From: Myxococcota bacterium
GTDB lineage: Bacteria > Myxococcota_A > UBA796 > GCA-2862545
Length of the DNA stretch: 29,629 bases
Direction of reading: 5' to 3'
Assembly (NCBI GenBank): GCA_039208735.1
Contig: JBCCQY010000110.1
Span: forward strand, 1 to 29,629
In this document: positions 27,340 through 29,629 of the stretch, piece after piece
Numbering within the stretch: the stretch's first letter is position 1
Layout of the letters: every line of letters begins with the position of its first letter
Translations under genes and position numbers: made by a program
The notes under the pieces: generated by a model
Database searches by the model: none
The model's input: only the letters and a program-made list of their open reading frames with translations
What the model was told of the DNA's origin: nothing

Positions 27340-28892
27340 TCGATCTCGGAGTTCAGTTCGAAGCCCGTAAGGGTCTCGAGCGTGTCATCGTCTGCGTCGT
27401 AGAACGAAATCCGACCTAAGGGATGTTCCTGGCTCACCCATGCCGCAGGTGCATCCGCATCCAGGGCATCGAGGTCGGGCAGCACACCGAGGAATTCGGG
27501 CACGGATCGCAACTCTCGTTCGGTGTGCAGGAGCGTGCTGTAGTCGAGCACTTCGAGCAGCGGCTCGTCTTCCATGATGAAAAAGCCGAAGGCGCCATCG
27601 CCGCTGTTCGCGAAGGCTGTGGGTTCAGCGGGCAGCTTGAGGGGATTGGTGCGGAGGTCGGCCAGCGAGACCATCGTCATCGCCCAAGACCCCGCGAACA
27701 GCGGCTCGGTCTCGGGGCCATCGTCGATGGAATGGAAGACCAGTGCGGTCTCGCCGGTCGGGTTGATCGCGATGCCGTCGACTGGCTTCACGAGCGGTCG
27801 CTCCTGTACTTCGTCGGTGGCCCGGTCCCACACCGCGTACCGCTCTTGTAGGCTGGCCGTAGTGTAGAGTAGCCCTCGGGAATCGTTGGGGTCGACAACG
27901 AGTGAGCCGTAGTTTCCGCCGCCTGGCAACGGCACGACACGGGGCAAGAGCCCTGGATCGTCGGCCTGGTAGACCCACAGCTCCTGGGATCCCCGTGCCA
28001 GCGCGATGGCTTCGGTCCCGTCGGCCGACAGGTCGAGGTCTGTCGGGTTGGCGCCCGCAGGAACCGTCTCGATGGCTCCGCTCACGAGATCGACGACGAG
28101 CAGTTCGGTGGCGCCGAACTGACGAACCCAGGCAAAAGACCCATCACTCGCCAGGATTACTTCTTCAGCACGAGGGGCGGCCTGAACGTCCGCTTCGAGT
28201 TCGATGAGCACTGGACTCGGCTCGGTCACCGTGAGGTCGACGGTCGCGAGGTAGGCGTCGGCGACCACCACCGCGAGGGCGCCATCTGGGGTGAAGACGA
28301 CCATACGCGGGTTGAAGCCCACCGCCATCGGCGCGTGGGTTCCGGTAGGCAGGTGCACAAAGCTCGTCTCGTTGAAGCTTTGGAGCCCTTCAACGGGCGG
28401 ATCGTCGGGTCGCTCGTTGGCGCGGTTGTGCCAAAGTACCGCCCACTCCCCATCGGGGGCCAACCGCATGTCGTTGAAGTTGTCGCGGACCTGGACCTTC
28501 CGCTGATCGAGGGTCTCGGCATCGAGGATCGAGACCGAGTCTTCGCCGCGATTAAAGACGACGGCGGTGGTGTAGTCGCGCGTCGTTTGGACGATTTGGG
28601 GGTCTGAACCCACCGGGGTCGTGTCGACGGACAGCGTGTCGACCCGAATGCGGGTCACCGTGTTGCGATCGGGGTTCGGCACGAACACGTAGGCGTCGGT
28701 CTGGCTCGGAGGAAGCGAACCCAGGATGGCCTCGTCTTCTGGCGGAGGCTTCATCGGGTCGTCGCTATCGCCCACGGGCGGACCGGTAGGGGAGCTAGGT
28801 TCGGCAGCGGACGTCGGATAGTCGGCAACCGCTAGGTTTGCGTCTGAACAGCCGGCGGTCGCTCCTATGAGCCACCACGGTACGTGCATCAT
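27336..28892 (-). CDS. Lipoprotein with a YncE/YVTN-like beta-propeller
   Basis: GGAGG RBS; lipobox TAGC; NTVTRI...TPVGSDP, VGFNPRMVVFTPDG and AGANPTDLDLSADG repeats. Confidence 0.75.
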   Translation of the reverse strand: MMHVPWWLIGATAGCSDANLAVADYPTSAAEPSSPTGPPVGDSDDPMKPPPEDEAILGSLPPSQTDAYVFVPNPDRNTVTRIRVDTLSVDTTPVGSDPQIVQTTRDYTTAVVFNRGEDSVSILDAETLDQRKVQVRDNFNDMRLAPDGEWAVLWHNRANERPDDPPVEGLQSFNETSFVHLPTGTHAPMAVGFNPRMVVFTPDGALAVVVADAYLATVDLTVTEPSPVLIELEADVQAAPRAEEVILASDGSFAWVRQFGATELLVVDLVSGAIETVPAGANPTDLDLSADGTEAIALARGSQELWVYQADDPGLLPRVVPLPGGGNYGSLVVDPNDSRGLLYTTASLQERYAVWDRATDEVQERPLVKPVDGIAINPTGETALVFHSIDDGPETEPLFAGSWAMTMVSLADLRTNPLKLPAEPTAFANSGDGAFGFFIMEDEPLLEVLDYSTLLHTERELRSVPEFLGVLPDLDALDADAPAAWVSQEHPLGRISFYDADDDTLETLTGFELNSEIE

Positions 28893-29027
28893 TCCATCCT
28901 CCAGGCCTCATCGCCTGAGGATGTGCACAAATCGTGCCGGAGAGGAAATCCTCTCGCCATCGAGGTTGCGAACGTCTTGCGATCAGGAATCGCGACACTC
29001 GCGTCGGGTTCGATCCGCCGTGGAGCG

Positions 29028-29465
29028 TCAGAGGTTCAGGTGAAGCTGAATGCCCGTCTGCGCCGTGAATCGGCCGTTGATGTTGATGACGCCGGCCTGG
29101 CCCCCAATGTCGAGCTTGGGGATGGCCGTGAAGTCAAGGGTAAACCCTGCATCCCAGCCCGCTTCTCCGCCTTCTACGAGAGGTCGGTTGATGTGGGCGA
29201 AAAGGCCCGGTTCAACGACTTTGGCAAACTGAAGGCGCAACCCAGCCTCGGGAATGAACTGGTTGCCGCCGTTCCAGTAGGTCACGCCGATTTCAGGCGT
29301 AAACGTGACTGCGAGCAGGTCGAAGCTGAATCCGAACCGGCCCCCAATCCCTTCGCCAAGGTTGGCGGAGTCGTTGTCGCTCAAAGGAATGCTGAACAGA
29401 TACTCCGCTCCAATGGAGGTTCCCGCATGTGCGGTATTGGACAGCAAAGCGGCGAGGACCAGCAT
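29028..29465 (-). CDS. Small outer-membrane beta-barrel protein
   Basis: Signal peptide (AHA/G), about eight amphipathic strands, ends GIQLHLNL; GGAG RBS. Confidence 0.7.
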   Translation of the reverse strand: MLVLAALLSNTAHAGTSIGAEYLFSIPLSDNDSANLGEGIGGRFGFSFDLLAVTFTPEIGVTYWNGGNQFIPEAGLRLQFAKVVEPGLFAHINRPLVEGGEAGWDAGFTLDFTAIPKLDIGGQAGVININGRFTAQTGIQLHLNL

Positions 29466-29584
29466 GGCAGACTCCGGGGGCGGAGGGAGATGGTTTCAGA
29501 ATAGCTGACACCGGAAACGTCCGCGGGCGTCCCTTTAGGCGGGTATGTCGTGCGGGCGCCCTCCGAGGGACGAAGTGAGGTGGC

Positions 29585-29629
29585 ATGGACGGGATGTTCT
29601 GGGCGTTGGTCCTCGGGGTCATCCTGCTG
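29585..29629 (+). CDS. 5' fragment of a membrane or exported protein (runs off the window)
   Basis: GAGG RBS, then MDGMFWALVLGVILL with no stop before the window end. Confidence 0.45.
   Translation, partial: MDGMFWALVLGVILL

Overview
High-GC bacterial DNA, very likely Myxococcota (a MYXO-CTERM sorting signal is present). About 1-10990 is an ~11 kb integrative element inserted at the 3' half of a tRNA-Pro(TGG) gene (10945-11021, minus strand). It has a duplicated tRNA fragment at the window's left edge and candidate GGGGGCACA integrase arm sites at both ends. It encodes a tyrosine integrase, a divergent double-HTH/Cro-like switch with repeated operator palindromes, and an unusual SF3-like helicase fused to a minimal family-A DNA polymerase (no exonuclease, altered steric gate, no separate primase). 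It also carries a truncated SF2 helicase joined to the tail of an ATPase gene (deletion scar, possibly MADS mad8) and an intact IetAS (AAA ATPase + S8 protease) defence module. The rest (11126-29629) is ordinary host chromosome: an FG-GAP protein, a MYXO-CTERM protein, a sulfatase-like/TPR protein, NSS and DASS transporters, an ECF sigma factor with an anti-sigma gene broken by an in-frame stop, a D-aminoacylase, DUF2237, a nucleotidyltransferase and an envelope operon. All calls come from reading motifs by eye; no searches were run.
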